Assembly: GCA_903866275.1 (NCBI GenBank)
Contig: CAIPMU010000019.1
Coordinates: 34,763 to 98,762, forward strand
Length of the DNA: 64,000 nt
Source of the DNA: Vampirovibrio chlorellavorus
GTDB lineage: Bacteria; Cyanobacteriota; Vampirovibrionia; Vampirovibrionales; Vampirovibrionaceae
Reading direction: 5' to 3'
Below are positions 55,673-64,000 of the stretch, piece by piece (position 1 is the stretch's first letter; each line of letters opens with the position of its first letter). The translations under genes and the position numbers were made by a program. A model generated the notes under the pieces. It was not told where the DNA came from and ran no database searches. It saw nothing but the letters and a program-made list of their open reading frames with translations.

Positions 55673-57868
55673 CTATAACGCCACCAGAATATCCAGATCG
55701 CCGTCCCGGTTACGCACATCCACGGTGACCAGATGATTGGTCCGGCGGAACTCCAGATCGACCGAGGCCTGACCCACCCGTAAATTGCTGATTTGGAGAA
55801 AATTCATAAACGGTGGCAACTGGGGCGTTCGAATCGACAGGCTTTTACGCTGCGCGTTGGGACTTATGTTGAGCATGGATTGGATAATGGAATACATCGA
55901 CGCGGCCGCCCAGGCTTGTGGACTGCAAGAAACCGCATACCGGACCGGCGGATCCCCCTCCTTGCCATCCTCCTTGCGAAAGCCGCAAAATAGCTCTGGC
56001 AGTCGGCGATAGTGCATATGTCGGGCGGCTTCAAACAACCCCACAAAAATCCGCTCCACCAGATCCTGCCGGTTAAAACTGGCAAAGCCACGGGCGATCA
56101 TGGCGTTATCGTGAGGCCAAATCGAACCGTTGTGATAACTCATGGGGTTGTACTTCAACGCGTTGGAGCTGAGGGTCCGAATCCCCCAGCCATTAAACAA
56201 ATCGGCGGACATCAGGCGGGTGATTAACTTTTCGGCCTGTGCCTCATAAAAAATCCCCGTTTCCAGACATTGACCGGGATTTGAGGTGACCACCCGAAAT
56301 GGCTTGCCCTGATCATCCAGCGCCAGCGCGCAGAACTCCAGTTCTTCCAGCCAGAAATCCCGGTTAAAACGCCGACGGAACTCCTGACTCTCCACCTTCA
56401 TCCGCTGCCGCAGGGGGCGATCTTCCATAAAATCGGCCATGCGGGCCATGCAGCGCTTGGCCATGTAAACATACCCTTGTACCTCGGACAACGCAATGGG
56501 CGGCAAGCCGACCACCCCGAACTCATCCATGATGCTGTCGTGGGAGTCTTTCCAGCCCTGCTGCAAAATACCGCCCTCACTCTGGGTGCGATAGGTGCTG
56601 TAGCCCAGCTTGTGCTGCTGCAGGTTGAGATCGATCCAGGCCATGGCCTTGACCGCAGCAGGCCACAACTCACAGAACGTATCCTTATCATCCGTCCAGG
56701 TTAAGTAGTCGTAAAGCGTGATGATAAACAGGGGCGTGGCATCCACGCTGCCATAGTAGGGGGTATGCGGAATTTTTCCCAACCGGGCCAACTCCCCCAC
56801 CCGCAATTCATGGAGGATTTTACCGGGTTCTTCATCGCGCGCAGGATTGGTTTCCTTGCCCTGATACTTGGCCAGAATCTTCAGGGACTCCTTGGCGATG
56901 CCCGCATTGAAGGGCAGCGCAAACCGGGAAGTAATCATGCTGTCCCGACCAAACAGGGCCACGTACCAAGGTATCCCGGCGGCCACAAAACTGCCGTCGT
57001 CCGTGTGGGTCATCAGCATGTTCATGTCTTTCTGGTTCCGGGACATCATCTCATTGAAGTCCTCGTTATCGGAGAGAAAAACCGCCGTGCCGCCGTGCAT
57101 TTTACGAGAGCGGAAATTTAGATGTCCCAGCGCCTCATCCATTGAGGCCACCGAAGCCTCTATCGATCCGGCGTTCATCATGCGATCGTTGATGATGGTC
57201 TGAATTTCATAGTTAAAATTAATGGGCTCACGGGGCCGCAAGAGGGTTCGATACACCACGGTGGCCTTGGGATTCTCCGGCAGAAAATCCGGCTTTAAAT
57301 CCACAAAGCGAATCCCGGTTTGCAGGTTCCGGGAGCTGAGATCCTTATAGCTGAAAATCAGCACGGGCGTCTGACCGCTGGTATCCAGAATGGGTGGACG
57401 CGGGGTGGGGCGCTCTGGCAGAACAACCATCCCCCGAATCTCGAACATATCCTTGAAATCCGCATCAAAGGACAGGCTGATTTCCATAAATATCGGTTCG
57501 GTGTAATAACTGATTAACCAGTAGCGTTCAAACTGCAAGCCGTACAACACCGTTTCCCGCTTCAACTGAATCGACTCAGGAAGCACCAGTACGTCCTTCC
57601 CGGCTTCGGTTGTGGTTTGAATGGGACCGTTGGTGAATACAATCGTGGACATATACCCCATTTCCGTTGACGACAGCAACGGAATGGGATCGGTGCCATG
57701 CAGCTTGATTTCAAACCCGCTGAGAAACCGGGTATCCAGATGATACATGCCAAGTCCGGCAGTATTGTGAAACGGAATATTACCCAAGGCATCATCCACC
57801 AGATACAAGTGGTTGTGCTTGATGGTGCGATGTCGCGATAGAAAATCTTCCGGATCTTTAATCTGCAT
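55673..57868 (-). CDS. Amylo-alpha-1,6-glucosidase / glycogen-debranching-enzyme-family hydrolase (GDE_N_bis plus GDE_C six-hairpin glycosidase).
   Basis: 731 aa. LFGRDSMITSRFALPFNAGIAKESLKILAKYQGKE..PGKILHELRVGELARLGKIPHTPYYGSVDATPLFIITLYDY is characteristic of the GDE_C family. Confidence 0.75.
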   Translation of the reverse strand: MQIKDPEDFLSRHRTIKHNHLYLVDDALGNIPFHNTAGLGMYHLDTRFLSGFEIKLHGTDPIPLLSSTEMGYMSTIVFTNGPIQTTTEAGKDVLVLPESIQLKRETVLYGLQFERYWLISYYTEPIFMEISLSFDADFKDMFEIRGMVVLPERPTPRPPILDTSGQTPVLIFSYKDLSSRNLQTGIRFVDLKPDFLPENPKATVVYRTLLRPREPINFNYEIQTIINDRMMNAGSIEASVASMDEALGHLNFRSRKMHGGTAVFLSDNEDFNEMMSRNQKDMNMLMTHTDDGSFVAAGIPWYVALFGRDSMITSRFALPFNAGIAKESLKILAKYQGKETNPARDEEPGKILHELRVGELARLGKIPHTPYYGSVDATPLFIITLYDYLTWTDDKDTFCELWPAAVKAMAWIDLNLQQHKLGYSTYRTQSEGGILQQGWKDSHDSIMDEFGVVGLPPIALSEVQGYVYMAKRCMARMADFMEDRPLRQRMKVESQEFRRRFNRDFWLEELEFCALALDDQGKPFRVVTSNPGQCLETGIFYEAQAEKLITRLMSADLFNGWGIRTLSSNALKYNPMSYHNGSIWPHDNAMIARGFASFNRQDLVERIFVGLFEAARHMHYRRLPELFCGFRKEDGKEGDPPVRYAVSCSPQAWAAASMYSIIQSMLNISPNAQRKSLSIRTPQLPPFMNFLQISNLRVGQASVDLEFRRTNHLVTVDVRNRDGDLDILVAL

Positions 57869-58052
57869 ACTGAATCACTTTCCAAATCGGAGGTTTACGG
57901 CGAAGTCACTCTAAAAGCGACCGGAGCAACCCGTCAAAACAACGCTTACAGGGGTGGCAGTGCATCATCATGTTTTCGAGGATTCGCATGCTAACTGAAG
58001 AAGATCCATTTACTGACCCAAGCAGTCAGAAACTGACTTAAGACGAATGCAT

Positions 58053-59375
58053 TCAAGGGCCGGTATTCGCATCGGAATAATAGGACCCGTAATCATCCGG
58101 ATTCGGGATGGGGGCCAGGTTCAACTCCGGAGGAGGCAGCACCGCTGTTTCCCGATGGTTGATCAGGCGATTTTTGTGTCCCGTCATTCCCCGCTTGGTG
58201 CTGGGGGGATTTTTAGGAATGGGCATGCTGAATGGCGAAAGGGCAAGGATCTCCGTAGCGCCCAAGGCCGCAGTCATCCAGTCCGGTTTGTCATCCCTCG
58301 AAAACGCCACCGTCTTGCCCTGAGCCTGTTCTGCCAGTGCACGATAAACGGCCAGATGATCATCCACCATGCGTTCCACAGAAAAACGTTGCTCTGCCAC
58401 CTGGCGAATTCGGGAGCGGTCATAGTCAAGATAGCGAGACACGGCTTGCGTCAGTTCTTCAACGGAATCGGCCACATAGCCTGTGATGCCATGATCCACC
58501 ACTTCGGGAATGGACCCATCCCGTAACGCAAACACGGGAGTGCCGCATGCCATTGATTCAATCATCACCAAACCGAAGGGTTCAGGCCACGCAACCGGGC
58601 AGAGGGTTGCGGCGGCATGGCGCAACAGCGACACCTTTTGGGTATGATCCACCTCGCCAATGTAGCGAATCTGTTCCCCATCCACCAGCGGAGCAATCTC
58701 GCGATCGTAATAAACCTGATCCACCCGATCGATCTTGCCCGCCAGAATGAGGGGCAGCTTTAAGTCTCGTGCGATGCGAATGGCGTGGTGCGGTCCTTTT
58801 TCGGGTGACAAACGCCCCAGAAATACCAGATAAGGCTGCTCGGGATGAGTCAGGGAAGGCTCAAATTTCTGGAGCTGAATGCCATGATAAATTGTGCCCG
58901 CATAGTTGAGTTCCGGCCACAGTTGCTGCTGATAATGGCTAATGGCGATATAAGGCAAGTGCGCGTTTCGCAAAAATAAAGCTTTGACGGGCATGGGCTC
59001 CAGCGCGTTGTGCAGGGTGGTCACCATCGGGGTCGATACAAAATCGGCAAAGGGTAAGGGCTGAAAACCCACATGGTTATGAATCACATCAAATTCACCG
59101 GCCCGCTCAAAAACCTGTTGCAACATACTCAGCTCGTAAGACATCACGGTGCAATGGGTCTTGTCCTGAATCACCTGAGCTTCCATGTCTCTCAGGGATA
59201 ACGGGCAGCAAGGCACCAGATTCCCGGCAGTTTGAGAATCCTGAGCGGCAAACAGGGTCACTTCATGTCCCCGGCGCACCAGCTCATCCGTGAGCAACGA
59301 TACCACTAGTTCGGAGCCGCCATACGTTCTGGGCGGAACCGACTCCCATAAGGGCGCAACTTGTGCAATCCGCAT
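58053..59375 (-). CDS. Family 4 glycosyltransferase (GT-B) with a ~80-aa Pro-rich C-terminal extension.
   Basis: N-terminus MRIAQVAPLWESVPPRTYGGSELVVSLLTDELVRRGHEVTLFA. C-terminal domain has the EX7E-like region (EPFGLVMIESMACGTPV). ATG 59375 with AAAGAGG upstream; an alternative ATG lies at 59399. Confidence 0.75.
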   Translation of the reverse strand: MRIAQVAPLWESVPPRTYGGSELVVSLLTDELVRRGHEVTLFAAQDSQTAGNLVPCCPLSLRDMEAQVIQDKTHCTVMSYELSMLQQVFERAGEFDVIHNHVGFQPLPFADFVSTPMVTTLHNALEPMPVKALFLRNAHLPYIAISHYQQQLWPELNYAGTIYHGIQLQKFEPSLTHPEQPYLVFLGRLSPEKGPHHAIRIARDLKLPLILAGKIDRVDQVYYDREIAPLVDGEQIRYIGEVDHTQKVSLLRHAAATLCPVAWPEPFGLVMIESMACGTPVFALRDGSIPEVVDHGITGYVADSVEELTQAVSRYLDYDRSRIRQVAEQRFSVERMVDDHLAVYRALAEQAQGKTVAFSRDDKPDWMTAALGATEILALSPFSMPIPKNPPSTKRGMTGHKNRLINHRETAVLPPPELNLAPIPNPDDYGSYYSDANTGP

Positions 59376-59694
59376 CAGAAATACCTCTTTCCCAACCATT
59401 CTGGGCCTTGTTTAAAATGATGACTAGTTTAAAATCATCAACTGAACCCGATGAGAAACCATTGCCCACTGTTTGCGAGCGGCTTGATTTATATTAGCCA
59501 TCTCAGCAGGGTTCTCCCATTCCTCAAATGGCTAGAAAATACCGCCAGAAGGCTAGTTGCAATCCACGGTTTAGGCTCTGACGCCGGCTGATCAGTTGAT
59601 GCTGCCACCCCTTCCGGGGTAGGATGAAATAGCTGTCTGTTCGGCTGAATCTGGTTCCATTGTCCGCACACGTCCCCAACCGGATGCACCCTGC

Positions 59695-60717
59695 ATGAAA
59701 CGTTCCAACAACCCGCTGAAATACCGTTACCACGTGCTGCGTGGCAAACTGGTGCAACCCTTTTTTACTGCGCTGTGTTTTCTGGGGCCCGTGCTCAATG
59801 TGTTTCGGGTGGATATGCTGAATCAGCGGCTCATGTTTCTGGGGCAGAGCCTGCCCTTTGAGTTCAACACGCTCATGTGGCTGCCGATTGGCTTTTACGG
59901 GGCGGTCATCGCCATCAGCCTGATCTCTTTCATCTGGGGGCGACTGTTTTGCGGCTGGACCTGCCCTCACAACACCCTCACCGAATGGACCTTTACCCTG
60001 CGTGCGATGGTGGGCCGTCACGAGAAACCCCGCTGGCTGAAACTCCTGCTGAAAAAGGCCCCGTGGGCCAAAATCCCACTGATCGTAGCCTCTCCCGTGC
60101 TGGCCTTGCCCATCACATTCACATTGGCCCTGTTACTCAGCTTTTATGTGGTGCCACCCCAATGGGCTGTGGCCCAGTACACCAGCGGTCATCCGCATAT
60201 CGCACTGGTGTTTGGCAACGGACTGTTCATGCTGATCGGGCTGTTTTTGCTATATGCGGGCAATGATTTTTGCCGCACCTGTTGCCCTTACGGGCTGGCG
60301 CAATCCATCTCCGCCTATCAGGAATCCAGCCCGTGGAAGCCTATGGAGATTCAGTTCTCCGGGGATGTGACCACTCAGTGTCGCACCTGCAGCGCCTGCC
60401 AGATTGCCTGCCCTGTGGATATTGACCCCAGAGACGGCACGCTGAAAGGCGGCCTGAAGGTGGGTCAGTTTGATGGCTGCTTCAACTGCGGCGAGTGTAT
60501 TGACGCCTGCAAGTTCATCCACAGCTTTAAAAAGAAGACCAGCCTGCTCTCGTTCAAATCGCCCGGTTTTAAACCCAAAAGCAAGCTGAAAACCCAGAGT
60601 AAGACCAAACATAAAAGCCAAAGCCTCCCGGTGGATGGCGCTGAAGGACCACTACTGGTCCCCACCCTGATGGTGGAAGACAAGCACAAGCTCAAAAGCC
60701 CCTGCGATAGCCTGTAA
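59695..60717 (+). CDS. Membrane-bound polyferredoxin (CcoG/FixG/NapH-like 4Fe-4S protein) with a Lys-rich C-terminal tail.
   Basis: GRLFCGWTCPHNTL, then two ferredoxin motifs CRTCSACQIACPVD and CFNCGECIDACKF. Several TM helices. Confidence 0.7.
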   Translation: MKRSNNPLKYRYHVLRGKLVQPFFTALCFLGPVLNVFRVDMLNQRLMFLGQSLPFEFNTLMWLPIGFYGAVIAISLISFIWGRLFCGWTCPHNTLTEWTFTLRAMVGRHEKPRWLKLLLKKAPWAKIPLIVASPVLALPITFTLALLLSFYVVPPQWAVAQYTSGHPHIALVFGNGLFMLIGLFLLYAGNDFCRTCCPYGLAQSISAYQESSPWKPMEIQFSGDVTTQCRTCSACQIACPVDIDPRDGTLKGGLKVGQFDGCFNCGECIDACKFIHSFKKKTSLLSFKSPGFKPKSKLKTQSKTKHKSQSLPVDGAEGPLLVPTLMVEDKHKLKSPCDSL

Positions 60718-60808
60718 AAGACCGCTTGTGCTGATAAACGGAGAAAACAGACATCTTTATTTAGCGGTTGGGTTTATATCGACTGCACACGATAGGAGAG
60801 GGCAACTC

Positions 60809-60997
60809 ATGCAACCTGTTTCATTTGGGGGCAGAACGGCGAATTATTTACTCTACATGCAGTTAAAAGAAGAATCTGAAAAGAAGAAGCTGCAAGAGCA
60901 ACAGAACAGACAAAAATTGGCCTTGAAGCCCGCTCGATACGCTTCTATCAGTTATCCATCTTTGAATCCGCTGAGGACTCAGTATCCCAACCCGTAA
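60809..60997 (+). CDS. Hypothetical small protein (62 aa).
   Basis: ATG preceded by AGGAGAGGG at -8; no homolog recognised (MQPVSFGGRTANYLLYMQLKEESEKKKLQEQQNRQKL..). Confidence 0.25.
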   Translation: MQPVSFGGRTANYLLYMQLKEESEKKKLQEQQNRQKLALKPARYASISYPSLNPLRTQYPNP

Positions 60998-61021
60998 AGC
61001 CATACTTAACGGGTTGCCCGC

Positions 61022-61630
61022 CTAACGCGTCGCCTGCGCGGTCATGGAGCGTTTATAGCTTTCGCTGCAATGGGTTTGCAGAGCAAGCATGGCTTTGGTG
61101 GTGTTGTTTTTGAGCATGGAGCCAGCGCCCAGCAGCGGCAAGCCACCCAGGTCGATGCTCAGGTGATACACCACGCGGGTGCGGGTGCCCGCATCTACAG
61201 GCATCAACTGATAACTGGCGTTAATGGCTTTAAAATCCCCGGCGATGCGTTGAATTTGCAAACGATACGCGGCCTTGTCCTCGCGGATTTTAACCTGATA
61301 GCGAAAAGGCGGAATCAGACCGCTCCCTTTCAAGCCCAAATCCACGGTTTTCGTAGCCCCGGCGGATTGAACCACCGTGGACCGGTCATAGCCGGGCATG
61401 ATGTTCTTCATGTTGCCGTAATCACTCAAGTCTTGCCACACCGCATCGATGGGCGCGTTCACAATGACTTCAGCCTGCAGGGTCTTCAGGGAACCCACAT
61501 CCTGCGTCAAGGCAACCTGAGGACGACTCATCGGGGTTACGGCCCAGCTGGGGCTGGCACTCATGAAAACACCCAGACTCAGCCCTACTGAAAGCAAACT
61601 GCCCACGATTTGGTATCGATTAAACGTCAT
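61022..61630 (-). CDS. Secreted SRPBCC-superfamily (polyketide cyclase / START / Bet v1-like) protein.
   Basis: Signal peptide, then EVIVNAPIDAVWQDLSDYGNMKNIMPGY, the typical start of an SRPBCC fold. Confidence 0.5.
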   Translation of the reverse strand: MTFNRYQIVGSLLSVGLSLGVFMSASPSWAVTPMSRPQVALTQDVGSLKTLQAEVIVNAPIDAVWQDLSDYGNMKNIMPGYDRSTVVQSAGATKTVDLGLKGSGLIPPFRYQVKIREDKAAYRLQIQRIAGDFKAINASYQLMPVDAGTRTRVVYHLSIDLGGLPLLGAGSMLKNNTTKAMLALQTHCSESYKRSMTAQATR

Positions 61631-61922
61631 GAAGATACCCCATCACCTTAGTAAGCACGATATAAAAAAGACTTATACTTTAAATAAGTATTCCGGTGCG
61701 CCAAAATTGCCTGTCGATCCGGAATATTTCGTCAAATCCGAAAAAGTGGGGTGTTGATGCCGCCTTGGTCACTAAGCGCCATTAGGGCCAAAAGTGCCCG
61801 CACTGGCATTTCTCAGAGGCTGTCTGAAAAGTGCTTAACAGAATGGGGCTTTTACCGTAGCATAGAGAGTAGTGACGCGGCATGTACCGCGTATTCGCAT
61901 TGACCGATTTAGGATATTCCGT

Positions 61923-62939
61923 ATGCCTGAGCTAAAACGATTACTGGTCACCGGGGGTTCGGGGTTTATTGGCAGTTGGCTGATTCGCCACCTCCTCCAC
62001 GAGCATCCGCAACTGCACATCATCAATCTGGATTTGCTGACCTACGCCGGAAACCCGGACAACCTGCTCGACATTGAACAGGACCCAACACTGGCTTCAC
62101 GCTACGAATTCGTGCAAGGCGATATTCAGGATGAGGCGCTGGTGACTCGGTTGATGCGTGATGTAGACGCCTGCGTGAACGTAGCCGCCCAAACCCATGT
62201 GGATCGCAGTATCAGCGGGCCGGGCGTGTTTATCACCACCAACGTGCTGGGCACACAGGTTCTGCTGGAAGCGGCGCGTCAGGCCGGAGTGCAAAAATTC
62301 GTGCAAGTCTCCACCGATGAGGTGTATGGCAGCATCGAAGGCACGGCCAAGTTCACCGAAGAATCCCCGCTGGAGCCGAGCAGCCCCTATTCTTCCAGCA
62401 AGGCAGGCGCCGACCTGATTGCGCTGAGCTATTGGAAAACCTTTGGCATGCCCGTATGCATCACCCGATGCACCAACAACTACGGTCCCAACCAGTACCC
62501 GGAAAAACTGATCCCGCTGTTCATTCTGAACGCTTCCACAGATCAGTCTGTGCCCGTCTATGGTGACGGTCTCAACGTGCGGGACTGGATTCATGTGAAG
62601 GACCACGCCGCCGGGGTGGCCAAGGTGCTCTTTGAAGGCCAGCCGGGCGAAGTCTACAACATCGGCTCCGGCAACGAGCACAACAATATGGAGATCACCA
62701 GCCTGATCCTGAGTACACTGGACAAACCCGAATCCCTGATTCGCTTTGTGGCCGATCGGCCGGGCCATGATCGCCGTTACGCGCTGGACTCCAGCAAGAT
62801 TGAGCGGGAGCTGGGCTGGAAAGCAGAAACTCCCTTTGAAGAGGGGCTACGGGAAACGGTACAATGGTATCTGGATCATCCTCAATGGGTAGCTAACGTC
62901 CGCCAGCGCGAACGTGACCTATTGTCGGTTTCCGTATAA
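61923..62939 (+). CDS. rmlB: dTDP-glucose 4,6-dehydratase.
   Basis: LLVTGGSGFIGS, the YSSSKAGAD catalytic YxxxK, and PYSASKA-like motifs. I took ATG 61923 (MPELKRLLVTGG). Confidence 0.9.
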   Translation: MPELKRLLVTGGSGFIGSWLIRHLLHEHPQLHIINLDLLTYAGNPDNLLDIEQDPTLASRYEFVQGDIQDEALVTRLMRDVDACVNVAAQTHVDRSISGPGVFITTNVLGTQVLLEAARQAGVQKFVQVSTDEVYGSIEGTAKFTEESPLEPSSPYSSSKAGADLIALSYWKTFGMPVCITRCTNNYGPNQYPEKLIPLFILNASTDQSVPVYGDGLNVRDWIHVKDHAAGVAKVLFEGQPGEVYNIGSGNEHNNMEITSLILSTLDKPESLIRFVADRPGHDRRYALDSSKIERELGWKAETPFEEGLRETVQWYLDHPQWVANVRQRERDLLSVSV

Positions 62940-63141
62940 GCACCCCGCTTCGGACAGTCTGTACCCTCAGCGCCGCAGCCGTGTTTTCCGAATTGAGTGT
63001 TCTCTGAGCCTGGTTGACACCCATCCGCTTCATTCAGACTCAGTGGCGTTTCTGGCCTACCTGTCCAATCAAACGTATCCTCCCTGATTTCGGGTTCAAC
63101 CGCAGTATTTAAAACCATAACCCTTGAGAGATTCCCCACGC

Positions 63142-64000
63142 ATGGCTTTCAAAAACATTGTTGTTACCGGCGCCCAGGGCATGCTAGGCCAGGAACTGGT
63201 GCCTTACCTCACCGCCCAGGGCTATCGGGTCACCCCGTTGAGCAGCAAGCAGCTCAATCTACTGGAAGATAGCCATGCCATGCAACACAAGCTCACACTC
63301 GCTGAGCCCGATGTGATCATTCACGCGGCAGCCTATACCAATGTGGATGGCGCCGAACGGGAGCCGGAACTGGCCATGGCCGTCAACAAGGATGGCACGC
63401 GCAATCTGGTGCTGGCCGCTCAGGAGCTGGGGGCCACACTGATGTATATCAGCACGGATTACGTCTTTGACGGCCTGAAAACGGACGGCCCCTATCAGCC
63501 GGTCGATCGACCCAACCCGGTGAATACCTACGGTTTGTCCAAATATTACGGCGAACTCATGGTGTCGGAGTTAATGGAGCAATACTATGTGGTGCGCACC
63601 AGTTGGCTCTATGGGATTTATAAAAAGAACTTTGTGCAATGGGTGATTGAAAGCGCTCGGGCTGGCAACGAAATTCGGGTCGCCACGGACTGGCTGGGCA
63701 CACCCACCTGGACGGGCAACCTCTGTGCCGCCATTGAAACCCTGATGAACTCAGGTCAATTCGGCATTCACCACGCGGCGGATCAAGGGGTTGTCTCGCG
63801 CTTTGAGCAGGCCCAAGTGATCTGCCAGTCGATGGGCCTTTCCGGGGATCATATTCGCCCCATCACCCTGGCCGAACTGGACTTGCCCGCCAACCGGCCA
63901 TACTTCAGCGCACTGGATTGCCCCAGTTTATCCGTACCCTCCTGGGAAACCGGCCTGAACGCCTACCTGACCCAGTACAAAGCCTTAACCCGGGACCCTT
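63142..64000 (+). CDS. rmlD: dTDP-4-dehydrorhamnose reductase, partial; the 3' end lies beyond the window.
   Basis: MAFKNIVVTGAQGMLGQELVPYL..DVIIHAAAYTNVDGAEREPELA..YISTDYVFDG. The frame is open from ATG 63142 to the window end. Confidence 0.8.
   Translation, partial: MAFKNIVVTGAQGMLGQELVPYLTAQGYRVTPLSSKQLNLLEDSHAMQHKLTLAEPDVIIHAAAYTNVDGAEREPELAMAVNKDGTRNLVLAAQELGATLMYISTDYVFDGLKTDGPYQPVDRPNPVNTYGLSKYYGELMVSELMEQYYVVRTSWLYGIYKKNFVQWVIESARAGNEIRVATDWLGTPTWTGNLCAAIETLMNSGQFGIHHAADQGVVSRFEQAQVICQSMGLSGDHIRPITLAELDLPANRPYFSALDCPSLSVPSWETGLNAYLTQYKALTRDP

Noticed and set aside
55827-55835. GTTCGAATC, a tRNA T-loop-like nonamer.
   Set aside because: It lies inside the GDE-family coding sequence, with no acceptor or anticodon arm complementarity around it. 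No tRNA or rRNA genes were found in any intergenic region.
1-64000. Search for CRISPR arrays, IS elements, integrases, toxin-antitoxin pairs, restriction-modification systems and prophage genes.
   Set aside because: No direct-repeat/spacer arrays, transposase or integrase motifs (DDE, tyrosine recombinase R..HxxR..Y) or obvious TA or RM pairs were recognised. The only foreign-looking segment is the AT-rich sucC-sucD spacer reported above.

Overview
This 64-kb window looks like a gene-dense chromosomal segment of a diderm bacterium with Terrabacteria-like gene content, and I recognise about 50 protein-coding genes. The taxonomic guess rests on several markers: an SLH-domain outer-membrane tether, Bacillus-type SpeH S-adenosylmethionine decarboxylases, DUF1292, DUF212, futalosine-pathway menaquinone genes, and an FtsZ with an N-terminal extension. 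No rRNA, tRNA, CRISPR array, transposase or integrase was found. Confident, recognisable blocks are: two tandem secretin genes (the first is cut by the window edge); glpD; the methylcitrate-cycle genes prpD-prpB-prpC; a tripartite RND efflux operon (outer-membrane factor, membrane fusion protein, RND pump); sucC and sucD; dinG; 3-oxoacid CoA-transferase subunits scoA/scoB; a polyprenyl-diphosphate synthase; rsgA; futalosine genes (MqnA/D-like plus a radical SAM enzyme); an RmlA-like nucleotidyltransferase with a family-2 glycosyltransferase; radA; cheD; an HDOD protein; ftsZ; mtnA; a metzincin; an amylo-1,6-glucosidase-family hydrolase with a family-4 glycosyltransferase; rmlB; and rmlD (partial). 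The unusual parts follow. Two secretin genes are translationally coupled (TAATG). Two AdoMetDC paralogs sit in tandem and overlap by one nucleotide; one is canonical and one is divergent. A tandem-GNAT acetyltransferase gene directly precedes a eukaryote-like protein-arginine-methyltransferase (PRMT) homolog that has the THW loop, the double-E loop and an extra N-terminal domain. An AT-rich foreign-looking insertion carrying a small two-helix membrane ORF splits the normally contiguous sucC-sucD pair. A subtilase-fold protein with a Ser/Thr/Pro/Ala-rich N-terminus appears C-terminally truncated and is followed immediately by an (AG)11 microsatellite. A GH6 cellulase-family lipoprotein lies next to an orphan BlaI/CopY-family repressor that has a 9-bp inverted repeat upstream. 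A 645-aa low-complexity membrane protein with a FliO-like motif lies next to an orphan cheD and an HDOD gene. The window is rich in GTG and TTG start codons. It also contains very long antisense 'ORFs' that are composition artefacts. Start coordinates for several genes are best guesses.
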